This document shows positions 6,415 to 14,796 of a DNA stretch of 26,857 nt, in pieces (position 1 is the stretch's first letter; each line of letters opens with the position of its first letter). The position numbers and the translations under genes are program-made. Origin of the DNA: a virus; the UHGV virus genome UHGV-0196088; one strand, given 5' to 3'. Under the pieces are notes generated by a model. It was not told where the DNA came from, did not search any database, and saw nothing but the letters and a program-made list of their open reading frames with translations.

Positions 6415-9093
6415 TCAGTAGCCTCCTGCCATCACAGTCTGCCGCCGATCAAGGCGCGCGAGTTGCTTGTCGAGAGCGGGTGCGAGCTTGCCCACCAGCG
6501 TCCCATCCGACAACGTCACTGAAATATCCAAAGACCCGAGGATGCGTTTTGCTGTTGCATCGACGATGCTCGCGACATCCACACGCTCACTATCAGCACC
6601 GCCATTCGTATCGCGACTGATAGCTATGGGTTGTGGGGTGAGGTCAACGGCAGGTACCTGTAGATCCGCAACCGCCTCGATCGGGACGCTCAGCCCGTCT
6701 TCAAGGTCGGCGAAGGCGTCCATCGTGTCCCTAGCTAAACCAGTAGCGGCGGTGACGGCTTTGTTGCCGTCCGTGCGGATGGAGCCTGCGAGGCCTTCGA
6801 CAAGCATCTGTCCTGCCCACGCCATCTTGCGAGATGGTGAGTGGATACCGAAGAAGCCGGTGATCGAGTCCCAAATTCCGCTTGCCCAGTTCGAGACCCG
6901 ATTCCACAACCAGCCCGCCAAGCCTTGGATGCCATTCCACAGGCCGTAGACGAGGTTCTTACCCGCCTCCACCATCTGCCACACGCCCTGCCCAACAGCA
7001 GACACAATCCCAGAAATAATCGATGGGATTGCTGCGACGATTGTGGAAATGATCTGCGGCAGGTTTCGCACCAACGCGGTGAGGAGTTGGATTCCTGCTT
7101 GGACGAGTTGCGGGATAGCCCCACCAATCGCCGATACAATACTGGCGATAATCTGCGGGAGCGCGGCGACGATCGTCGTGATGATCTGCGGTAGCGCCCC
7201 AATCAACGCCGTCAACAACTGAATGCCTGCTTGGATCAGTTGTGGGATCGCACCCACCACGCCGCTGACGATCGCGGTAATAATCTGTGGGAGTGCTGCG
7301 ACGATTGCTGTGATGATCTGAGGCAGCGCCCCGATCAGAGCCGTCAAGAGTTGGATTCCTGCTTCGATGATTTGTGGAATCGCCCCGACGAGGAAGGTCA
7401 CTATGCCGGTGATGATCTGTGGGAGGGCTTCGATGATGATGGGAATTGATGCGATGAGTCCTTCGGTAAGTCCGGTGATGAGCTGCAACGCCGCATCAAG
7501 AAGCAACGGGAGGTTATCGACCAGGCCCTGCACTAAAGCCATGAGCATCTCCACCGCCGCAGGAACCAGTTCCGGTAGTGCTTCGCCGATACCAGAGACG
7601 AGGGTGGCGATGATCTGAATCGCCGCCTCCAACAAAGACGGCAACGTTTCGATGATTGCTTCTACTAAAGCGATGATCAGCGTCACGGCTGTTTCTGCTA
7701 CTTGTGGCAACACCTTGATAATGCCTTCAAGGAGCGCGGTCAAAATGCTCATGCCGGTCTCGACCACCATCGGTAGCTGCTCGGTAATAAATGCGAGAGC
7801 TTCCTGTAACACGGTGCCGAGGGTGTCAATCAGGGCAGGCGTGCCTCCTTCTTCGAACGCTGTCGTGAGTTCGTCGATCCAGCCGTTGACCATCGGCAAC
7901 ACCGAACCCGCCAACGCCTCAGAGACTCCGCCTGCGAGGAGGCCTTTGAGGTTTTCGATCCCGTCCTGCATTGTTGCGAGCTGGCCGCTAAAAGTCTTGG
8001 ATTGGGCGTCCATCGCCCCATAGAACCGGCCACCCTCGGCCGTGGCAGAAGCAAACGCGTCCGCAACCATGTCCGCAGAGATAGCTCCCTTGGCCATTTC
8101 CTCCTTGAGCTCACCAATGCTTTTGCCGGTCTTGCGGCTGATCTCTTCGAGCGGGTTGAATCCGGCGTTGATCATCTGCAGCAAGTCCTGACCCGTGAGC
8201 TTGCCGGTCGAGGACATTTGGGCGAAGGCGAGCGTGAGCGATTCCATCTTCACCGCATCTCCTTGGGAGATGTCGCCGATTTCGTTGAGGTGCTTTTTCG
8301 CATCCTCCAGGCTCATTCCGAAGCTCAGGAGGGTTTGCATGTTGCCCGCGAGGTCCTCCATACCAAACGGAGTCTTCGCCGCCTGGGCCTTCAAATCATT
8401 CACAAGCTTCTGAGCCTTGGCTTGGTCACCCAGCATCGTCGTAAAGGATGTGGTGTATTGCTCCATGCGGGCGTTGTACTCCACGCCTTCCTTCAACGCG
8501 CCTACCATGCCGCGACCGATCGAGGCGATCGCATGCCCGATACCTTTGACTCCGGCGATGATCGCTTCGGAGGCGAGGTTCGCTTTCAACACGTCACCGA
8601 AGATGCGGGTCTTGCCAGAAGTCGAGTCCATCTCGTCGCCGAGATCATCGACTGCACCCTCGAGTTTGCCCGCGTCCTTGGCGGCGTCTTTAGCATCGTC
8701 ACCGGCACCGTCTGCTTCGTCCCCGAAATCCGACAGGGCGTCATTATTCGATTTGAGTTCACTTTCGAGCCGGTTGAGCTCCGCACCCGCGTTATTAAGC
8801 TGGATTTGCCAGTTCTTCGTCCGGCTATCGTTCTCACCAAACGATGAGGCAGAGTTCTCCAGCGCGGCGCGCAGGGTCTCAATCTTCGACTTTTGAGCCT
8901 CGATCTCTTTGCCAAGCACTTGGTTACGGGCCGTGAGGGCTTCGGCGGACTTGTCGTTCTTATCAAACGAGGAGGCTACGAGCTTCATCTCACTGCCAAG
9001 CACTCGCATCTCACGGTTAATATCCGTGATCGCGCGCTTGAACTCCCGCTCACCCTCAAGCCCAATCTTCAAACCAAACGAACTGTCAGCCAT
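6415..9093 (-). CDS. Tape measure protein
   Basis: 892 aa. N-terminal coiled-coil-like region, long central hydrophobic repeat region (LPQIITAIVAALPQII...GAIPQLIQAGIQLLTALIGA), C-terminal GIHSPSR-containing part. Largest gene in the tail module. Confidence 0.9.
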   Translation of the reverse strand: MADSSFGLKIGLEGEREFKRAITDINREMRVLGSEMKLVASSFDKNDKSAEALTARNQVLGKEIEAQKSKIETLRAALENSASSFGENDSRTKNWQIQLNNAGAELNRLESELKSNNDALSDFGDEADGAGDDAKDAAKDAGKLEGAVDDLGDEMDSTSGKTRIFGDVLKANLASEAIIAGVKGIGHAIASIGRGMVGALKEGVEYNARMEQYTTSFTTMLGDQAKAQKLVNDLKAQAAKTPFGMEDLAGNMQTLLSFGMSLEDAKKHLNEIGDISQGDAVKMESLTLAFAQMSSTGKLTGQDLLQMINAGFNPLEEISRKTGKSIGELKEEMAKGAISADMVADAFASATAEGGRFYGAMDAQSKTFSGQLATMQDGIENLKGLLAGGVSEALAGSVLPMVNGWIDELTTAFEEGGTPALIDTLGTVLQEALAFITEQLPMVVETGMSILTALLEGIIKVLPQVAETAVTLIIALVEAIIETLPSLLEAAIQIIATLVSGIGEALPELVPAAVEMLMALVQGLVDNLPLLLDAALQLITGLTEGLIASIPIIIEALPQIITGIVTFLVGAIPQIIEAGIQLLTALIGALPQIITAIVAALPQIITAIVSGVVGAIPQLIQAGIQLLTALIGALPQIITTIVAALPQIIASIVSAIGGAIPQLVQAGIQLLTALVRNLPQIISTIVAAIPSIISGIVSAVGQGVWQMVEAGKNLVYGLWNGIQGLAGWLWNRVSNWASGIWDSITGFFGIHSPSRKMAWAGQMLVEGLAGSIRTDGNKAVTAATGLARDTMDAFADLEDGLSVPIEAVADLQVPAVDLTPQPIAISRDTNGGADSERVDVASIVDATAKRILGSLDISVTLSDGTLVGKLAPALDKQLARLDRRQTVMAGGY
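6980..7420 (-). repeat. In-frame tandem repeats within the tape measure gene
   Basis: DNA blocks of ~120 bp recur (gatgatctg(c/a)gg(t/c)agcgcccc...), matching the repeated LPQII/GAIPQL protein units. Boundaries are approximate. Confidence 0.6.
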
Positions 9094-9152
9094 AGGTCTG
9101 TATTCCTTCGCGTTGCTGGGGGTTAAAATTGGCTAGAGGATGAGGAGGAATC

Positions 9153-9353
9153 GTGTGGACCAATGTTGTAACTAATCGCCGGTGGGTATGGCCGTTGTTT
9201 GCTTTACTCGTCATCGGTACGGTCGTTTTCGCTGTTTTGTGGATGAGCGGTGTCGTGCATCCCGTCACGGGCATCGCTAATGCAGCAGGTTTCGCAATAT
9301 GTGCGATCGGGCTTGTAGCGTGGCATCTTGCCACTCGTGGTTTGCAGCGATGA
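9153..9353 (+). CDS. Small membrane protein (2 predicted TM helices), opposite-strand accessory gene
   Basis: 66-aa ORF with a GTG start preceded by GAGGAGGAA (strong RBS, ~5-nt spacing). Two hydrophobic helices (WVWPLFALLVIGTVVFAVLWM, AAGFAICAIGLVAW). Its stop overlaps the next start (ATGA). Confidence 0.6.
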   Translation: MWTNVVTNRRWVWPLFALLVIGTVVFAVLWMSGVVHPVTGIANAAGFAICAIGLVAWHLATRGLQR

Positions 9354-9967
9354 GCACTCCGGTGCTTTTCCTCCACGGACTCGGTGAGACCCCGCAAGCT
9401 TGGAATGGCGTCATCAACGAGTTCGAGAGTATTGACGCTCTCACGCCCACTGTTTTCGATCAGCCATCAGGAACGCCATGGTCGTTACATGAGCGCACGG
9501 ACGAACTCGCCGCGTCACTGAATGATCCAGTCGACGTGGTTGGGCTATCTCTTGGCGCGGTGATGGGTCTTGATCTGGCAATTCGGCACCCGCACATGGT
9601 TCGGTCGCTGTTTCTTTCAGCTCCGCAGGCGCGCCCTCCTAAAGCATTGATGCGCATTCAAAGCGTTCTCATGCGAGTCTTGCCTGAGCGTCTCGTGTGC
9701 CCATCACAGATTTCCAAGCAACAGTTGCTGGAAATCCTGCGTCAAATATCAGCCATTGATTTCGAGCCAGAGCTTGGAAATATCACGGTTCCAACGACGA
9801 TTGCGTGCGGCTCGAAAGACCGCGCGAATCTTCCTGCCGCCCGCACCATCAGCCAACAGATCCCACATGCCCGCCTCATCGTTGTGCCAGACGCGGGTCA
9901 TCAATGGCATCAATTAATGCCCACACAATTCGCTCACGAACTAAAAGCCCACTGGAACAGTATCTAA
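9350..9967 (+). CDS. Alpha/beta-hydrolase fold protein (esterase/lipase-like)
   Basis: About 205 aa from the ATG overlapping the upstream stop. HG oxyanion motif (FLHGLG), nucleophile elbow G-L-S-L-G, C-terminal Asp (GSKDR) and His (DAGHQ) candidates for the triad. Confidence 0.8.
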   Translation: MSTPVLFLHGLGETPQAWNGVINEFESIDALTPTVFDQPSGTPWSLHERTDELAASLNDPVDVVGLSLGAVMGLDLAIRHPHMVRSLFLSAPQARPPKALMRIQSVLMRVLPERLVCPSQISKQQLLEILRQISAIDFEPELGNITVPTTIACGSKDRANLPAARTISQQIPHARLIVVPDAGHQWHQLMPTQFAHELKAHWNSI

Positions 9968-10079
9968 ATCCCGGCAGGAATTACATCGTCGATGAACCAT
10001 TGACGTAGCGGCTGGGCTCTGCCGGTTTCTAGCCGCCAGCAGTCGACCAGATCCAACAGCTCACCAAACACGGTTAAGC

Positions 10080-10112
10080 CCACCTCCACTTTGCTGAGGT
10101 GAAGGTGGGCCA
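10080..10112. terminator. Hairpin between convergent genes (possible bidirectional terminator)
   Basis: cccacctccac...gtgaaggtggg forms an ~11-bp stem with one mismatch, between the hydrolase stop (9967) and the chaperone stop (10158). No strong U-tract, so weak. Confidence 0.3.
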
Positions 10113-10157
10113 TCCCGATATAGGTAAGCCGCGTGAAGACAGCATTATCGTTTTCGA

Positions 10158-10577
10158 CTATGCGTCCACCTGCGCTGGTGCTTTTGGGGCTGGTTCGGTG
10201 AGGATGTCTCGGCGGGTGCCTCGCTGGAGGGCTTCGGCGATCGCGCCACGATAGTCCGCCAGATCAGCAGGCACAGTGAGTAGTTCAACCTCGTCCTCGG
10301 TCAGCTCTGGGCGCTTGTCGTCTGGGTGGCGGTGGTTGTGGATTTGGACTGACTGGTTGGCCAGCAGTGTGATCAGCCAAATCACCTCACCGAGTGTCTT
10401 GCCTAGATCGTCGGAGGTTTCAAGGGCGTTACCGAGATGTTCGAGTCCGCCGTAACGCTCGGCGATCAGACGCGTGGCTTTCGTTGTCAGGACGAGCTCA
10501 TATTCTTCCCCGCCGATCGAGACGATCGCGGAGCGTCCCGGTTCGACAACTGATTCAGTCTTCTTCTTGGTTGTCAT
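10158..10577 (-). CDS. Tail assembly chaperone (candidate)
   Basis: 139-aa acidic ORF immediately downstream of the major tail protein gene, the conserved position of the tail assembly chaperone. Confidence 0.55.
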   Translation of the reverse strand: MTTKKKTESVVEPGRSAIVSIGGEEYELVLTTKATRLIAERYGGLEHLGNALETSDDLGKTLGEVIWLITLLANQSVQIHNHRHPDDKRPELTEDEVELLTVPADLADYRGAIAEALQRGTRRDILTEPAPKAPAQVDA

Positions 10578-10589
10578 GATGTGTGTTCA

Positions 10590-11186
10590 TTAGGCTCCAG
10601 ATGTGGTGGCGGCTGGTTCGTAAACCTGTGCATACCAATTAGTGATCGTCTCAGGCTTGACCCCGGTGCTGCCCTCTAGCACTTCGGCCTTCCACGGATG
10701 ACGCCCCTTCGCATCTGGCTTGTTACGCCGCAAAATCGTGCCCTCAATGCTCGGGGTCGAGAACGTAATCGAGTCGGCTTTGGTGGCCAGCGTTTCGGTT
10801 GGGAGGGCAAACTTGACCCGGTAAAGCCAGAAATACTGATACTTACCGTTGGAGCGTGCGGCGCGGAACCCGATCGCCACTGGAGCCCCGCCGTCCTCGG
10901 AGGCTGAGATGAGCACCCCGTTTGCATCCACGGTCGCCCCAGTCAAGGCGGCGGCTGCTTCACCACCCAGATCATCAATGCCGAGGGTGAGGGTGCCGGA
11001 TTTGAATTCCTTGACGATCTCGGAAGGGCCGTCATCGGCATACAGGATCGCTTCAGCAACCTCAACACTCAGTTCTGCGCTGATGGCTTTAGCTAAGGGT
11101 TTGGGTTTGGCGTAGGTTTCCTCACCCGTATCGGGGTTTTCGGTGATGGTGGCGTAGTAGAGCTTGTCTAAACCAATCGTTGCCAT
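10590..11186 (-). CDS. Major tail protein
   Basis: 198 aa; N-terminus MATIGLDKLYYATITE... is typical of siphovirus major tail proteins; lies between the head-tail connector genes and the chaperone. Confidence 0.85.
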   Translation of the reverse strand: MATIGLDKLYYATITENPDTGEETYAKPKPLAKAISAELSVEVAEAILYADDGPSEIVKEFKSGTLTLGIDDLGGEAAAALTGATVDANGVLISASEDGGAPVAIGFRAARSNGKYQYFWLYRVKFALPTETLATKADSITFSTPSIEGTILRRNKPDAKGRHPWKAEVLEGSTGVKPETITNWYAQVYEPAATTSGA

Positions 11187-11198
11187 GAGAAATTCTCC

Positions 11199-11543
11199 TT
11201 ATCTGTAGGTGTGGTGGGTTGCGACGTCTATCGCGTAGTGGTGGAATCCGGTATCAGCTTCAAAGCCGACGTAGGCGCGGCCAGTGATGGTTAGTTCTGC
11301 GTCGAGCAGGACGCGAGTGATGAGGTTGCGCAGGTCGAGATAGTTAGATTTCGTGAAAAGTGCGAGGCGAACTTCCTCAACCTCGATACTGGGTTGATTG
11401 TCGGCGAACACGTCCAACATGTCTGTCAGCGGGGTTGCCACCAGATACGTATCTGGTGCTGGCGTATTCGAGTAGAGGCCGACTTCGAACGGTAGCCCGA
11501 GCTTGTCAGCGATCATCGTGAGTTGTTCCAATAACGCGGTCAT
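11199..11543 (-). CDS. Tail completion / tail terminator-like protein (head-tail joining set)
   Basis: 114-aa ORF between the gp10-like gene and the major tail protein gene; 4-nt overlap with the upstream gene. Called on position and size only. Confidence 0.45.
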   Translation of the reverse strand: MTALLEQLTMIADKLGLPFEVGLYSNTPAPDTYLVATPLTDMLDVFADNQPSIEVEEVRLALFTKSNYLDLRNLITRVLLDAELTITGRAYVGFEADTGFHHYAIDVATHHTYR

Positions 11544-11977
11544 GGCCCCACCTGCTCAATGCGCGCGGTGAGCGCCGCTTTCATGGCTTCGATCGCACCC
11601 CTGCGGGTTTGCGACCTGGTGGGTGCCAGAAATGGGCGTGCAGGCTGATTGCTGCGGCCGTGTTCGAGGACGTTGGCGATCAGCGCATTCGCTCTGCCGT
11701 CGCGGCGATTTTCAGCGAAGCCGACTTTAATGTTGTGATCGCCTCGACTGTTTACTTTCACCGAGGTTGTACCAAGCGCGCTGAGTAGTTGCCCGGTTGA
11801 GCGTGAGGGCTGCTTGGTGGCCCGTCCGATCGCGCCCGTGAGGTTGGCTCGCATGCGTGGCTCGACTACGGCGGCTCCTGCCTCGAGCACTTCATCTGCC
11901 GAGGTTTCGAGTACACGACTGGCAGCGTCAAGGGAGTCAATGAACGCGTTGGGCAGGCGGATCTGCACTCTAGCCAT
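11540..11977 (-). CDS. HK97 gp10-family head-tail joining protein
   Basis: The ORF track gives 11540..12022; the likely start is MARVQIRLPNAF near 11977. Contains VLEHGRSNQPARPFL-type and ...TGAIGRATKQPSRSTGQL motifs typical of the family. Confidence 0.6.
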   Translation of the reverse strand: MARVQIRLPNAFIDSLDAASRVLETSADEVLEAGAAVVEPRMRANLTGAIGRATKQPSRSTGQLLSALGTTSVKVNSRGDHNIKVGFAENRRDGRANALIANVLEHGRSNQPARPFLAPTRSQTRRGAIEAMKAALTARIEQVGP

Positions 11978-12308
11978 GGGCCTCTCCTTCGGGCGTGGTC
12001 TGATGGGCAAGAATCTCGACATACCGGCCGATGACTTCGACTGCGTCGATCACATACCGCCCGTCTGGGCCACTGATCTCCATATTCGTGGTCACGGATA
12101 GTCCGGGGATGGCGCGAATGCGGAAGAGGACGTCGGCCTGTGAGTATGCTGCGCGGTTCACCCACGCGCTCGATGCGTGCCGCACCTCGATTTGCGCCCG
12201 CACGGTTGCTCGCACTTCATCGCGTGTGGTTGTGAATCCCGCCTTATCCCGAACAACTGTCAGCTGGATGAGGTCGATCGAGGTGCGCATGGATCCCAAA
12301 GAAGCCAT
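11970..12308 (-). CDS. Head closure / head-tail adaptor protein
   Basis: 112-aa ORF in the canonical position after the gp6-like connector gene; size and position are typical. Confidence 0.55.
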   Translation of the reverse strand: MASLGSMRTSIDLIQLTVVRDKAGFTTTRDEVRATVRAQIEVRHASSAWVNRAAYSQADVLFRIRAIPGLSVTTNMEISGPDGRYVIDAVEVIGRYVEILAHQTTPEGEAHG

Positions 12309-12320
12309 GAGTTGTTCTCC

Positions 12321-12647
12321 TTAGACTTTCCAATCTCGATCCAGACGCAGCAGATTGTTCACCGCGCTCCACACTGCCCGAGCAGCATCTGGCTTATCTG
12401 CCCAGAAGCCTGCCGTGGAACCATCACGCGACTCATAGAAATGAGAGGCGAGCATGACAACGCCCTGCCTGGTTGCCCCAGACATCTCGTGTGTCTCGTA
12501 GTGGTTTTCGGGCAGGTGCTGAAAAGCGGTCGCGTAGGAGGTGGCCGCATTGACCAATGCGACAAGCAGCTTGTCGTCATTGTTGAAGGTGATGAGCAGG
12601 TTCGCCTTCACCAGGTCGACGAGCTCTGTTGTGGTCATTGCGGCCAC
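12321..12647 (-). CDS. gp6-like head-tail connector protein
   Basis: 108 aa; TTELVDLVKANLLITFNNDDKLLVALVNAATSYATAF resembles the gp6-like family; immediately after the major capsid gene. Confidence 0.65.
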   Translation of the reverse strand: MAAMTTTELVDLVKANLLITFNNDDKLLVALVNAATSYATAFQHLPENHYETHEMSGATRQGVVMLASHFYESRDGSTAGFWADKPDAARAVWSAVNNLLRLDRDWKV

Positions 12648-12673
12648 CTCCTATCCGTGTGTAGAACCGCTGG

Positions 12674-13900
12674 TTATGCTCCTGCCTTTTGGGTGAGCAG
12701 CTTGACTGCTTCGGGTAGGACGAGCTTGCCGTCCAGTCGCTGCGAGGCGAGGAATCCGACCTGCCCGGTGGTGGCGAACAGTTCGTTCAGCCGCTTGAAA
12801 GAGCGGCCTTGGCGGTCGGCGATCCAGTAATACGACAAGTCACCGAAAGCAACCGTGGACGCACCAGCCTTGATTTCCGGCACGAAGGTGCTCGTGTGGA
12901 CGGGGCGGCCAAGGACAAGGTCTGGGGTTCCTGTGGTCAGGGCTGGCTGCCACAGATACTGGCCGTTGCCGTCCTTGAGCTTGCGGATGGTTTTCACGGT
13001 CGAGTCGTTCATCAGCCATACCGCGTTCTTCCGATACGGGCCGCGCAAACCGTAGTGCAGATCGATGAGTTCATCAGCCGTAATATCGCTCGCCTTGCCC
13101 GTAGTCAGTGCCTTCTCACCACCACCAGTGGCTGCGAAAATACCGGTGGGCTTGCCCTTTCCGTCCCCGGTGAGGAAGGCTTCTTCTTCGGCAGCTCCGA
13201 TACGGCGAGCAAACTCCGCCGCCAGGTACTGCTCGACATTAAACGCCGCATCATTCAGCAGTTCTTCGGAGATTTTGAGGAAGGTGCCGAGCTTAAACGC
13301 ACTCAATGTGACCTGAGTAAAGGCTTCATCAGATTCCGTATACGGCTTGCCCTCATCGAGCCAGCCTGCGGTGCCGTGGGTGGAGACGACCGGGATTTTC
13401 CGATCCCCACTGGTGGTTTGAATGACCTTCGCTAGGGAGCGCATGATGTTCTGATCTTCCAGTGAGGAGATCAGGGTGCGTTCGAACTCATCAGGCACAA
13501 GGTAGCCGCCCTCGGTATCGACGCCTTCGGACAGTGCGTTGCGTACTTCCATCGGAGAAGCGTTGAGCCGCATCGCATCCCAAAACGCCCGTTTGTACGA
13601 GGCTGAAGCGCGCGGCGTAGTCGGTTTGGCTTCATCATCAGGATTCATGCCTGGCATGGACGTGAGCGGCATGTTCGTTGCTCGTGCTAGGTCGGCATCC
13701 CGGCGCAGGGCTCGTTCGGAGCGTGCGATCTCGTTGGTGAGACGATCGATCTCGGCTTCCATCTTCGCGTAAGCCTGATCATCTTCAGCAGACAGACAGC
13801 CCGATGTAGCATCGCGTCGCTCATCGAGGAATGCCTTCGCCTTCTCCCAAACATCTGCGCGCTTGGTGCGAAGGTCAGAAACAGTCATAGAGGTTGTCAT
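12674..13900 (-). CDS. Major capsid protein (HK97 fold)
   Basis: 408 aa with an N-terminal coiled-coil delta/scaffold-like region, following the prohead protease gene; size and organisation are typical of HK97-family capsid proteins. Confidence 0.9.
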   Translation of the reverse strand: MTTSMTVSDLRTKRADVWEKAKAFLDERRDATSGCLSAEDDQAYAKMEAEIDRLTNEIARSERALRRDADLARATNMPLTSMPGMNPDDEAKPTTPRASASYKRAFWDAMRLNASPMEVRNALSEGVDTEGGYLVPDEFERTLISSLEDQNIMRSLAKVIQTTSGDRKIPVVSTHGTAGWLDEGKPYTESDEAFTQVTLSAFKLGTFLKISEELLNDAAFNVEQYLAAEFARRIGAAEEEAFLTGDGKGKPTGIFAATGGGEKALTTGKASDITADELIDLHYGLRGPYRKNAVWLMNDSTVKTIRKLKDGNGQYLWQPALTTGTPDLVLGRPVHTSTFVPEIKAGASTVAFGDLSYYWIADRQGRSFKRLNELFATTGQVGFLASQRLDGKLVLPEAVKLLTQKAGA

Positions 13901-13914
13901 CGGTGGTGGTCCTT

Positions 13915-14796
13915 TCAGTGGGGTTGATTGACTAGTTCGGCGTACAAATCACAAACCCGCCGACCAACAGGTGCAGCGGGTTGAATAGTTGGGCGTGGTG
14001 GTCGCACCGACTTCGACGACGACGGTGGTGATGTGGCGGTCAGATGTGCGACGAGTTTTTGCTCGGCTGCTCGGCGTGAAAACACCGTGCCAAGTCCTGC
14101 GTTCTTGGGTGGGAACGGCAGGCGCTTCGGCTCATCGCCGTCGTCCTCATCGGAACCATCTAGCGACTCAACTTCATCGGCTTCGTCACCGTCAGGTTCT
14201 TCGTCCGGCTCAATCGCAAACATTGGGTTGCGTTCGCCTGTCAGGAGTTCGTCGGCAAATCCCATGTCGATCGCAGCCCGAGCATCCATCCACGTCTCGG
14301 CGTCCATGAGCTTGGACAGCTTAGCCCGACTCATGCCCGTCTTTTCCTGGTAAGCGTTCAGGATCGATTCTTTGACCGAATCAAGCATGCTCATGGCGCG
14401 TGCGAGTTCGTCCTTATCACCAACCGCCATGGTGGCCGGGTTGTGAATCATCAACATCGACACCGGACTCATGGCGACCTTCGTGGCGGCCATGGCAATC
14501 ACGGACGCGGCCGATGCGGCGATGCCGTCGATATTGACGGTGACTGTGCCTGGGTAGTCGATGAGCATGTTGTAGATCTGCGCCGCAGCCACCACGTCCC
14601 CTCCGGGACTGTTGAGCCAGATCGTCACCGGCCCAGACCCAGCATTGAGCTCACTAGCGAAGATGCCTGGTGTGATGTCGTCATCGAACCAAGATTCTTC
14701 AGCGATCGTGCCGCTAATGCGCAAAACCCGGGCTGCATCTGCGTCCGGGTCAGTGTTGTGTGGCTCGGGTGTGAGCCAGTTCCAAAAACGTCTCAT
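13915..14796 (-). CDS. Prohead maturation protease (ClpP/S14-like) with acidic C-terminal extension
   Basis: 293 aa with ClpP-like core motifs (IWLNSPGGDV, AASAASVIAMAATK, MIHNP); lies between portal and capsid; overlaps the portal gene end by 4 nt. Confidence 0.85.
   Translation of the reverse strand: MRRFWNWLTPEPHNTDPDADAARVLRISGTIAEESWFDDDITPGIFASELNAGSGPVTIWLNSPGGDVVAAAQIYNMLIDYPGTVTVNIDGIAASAASVIAMAATKVAMSPVSMLMIHNPATMAVGDKDELARAMSMLDSVKESILNAYQEKTGMSRAKLSKLMDAETWMDARAAIDMGFADELLTGERNPMFAIEPDEEPDGDEADEVESLDGSDEDDGDEPKRLPFPPKNAGLGTVFSRRAAEQKLVAHLTATSPPSSSKSVRPPRPTIQPAAPVGRRVCDLYAELVNQPH

Noticed and set aside
6980-7420. Regularly spaced repeats that could be mistaken for a CRISPR-like array
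   Set aside because: The repeats are in-frame coding repeats of the tape measure protein, with no unique spacers and no cas genes in the window.
8002-8896. Plus-strand ORFs inside the tape measure gene (8002..8847, 8417..8896)
   Set aside because: Antisense shadow ORFs; the minus frame encodes a continuous 892-aa tape measure protein.
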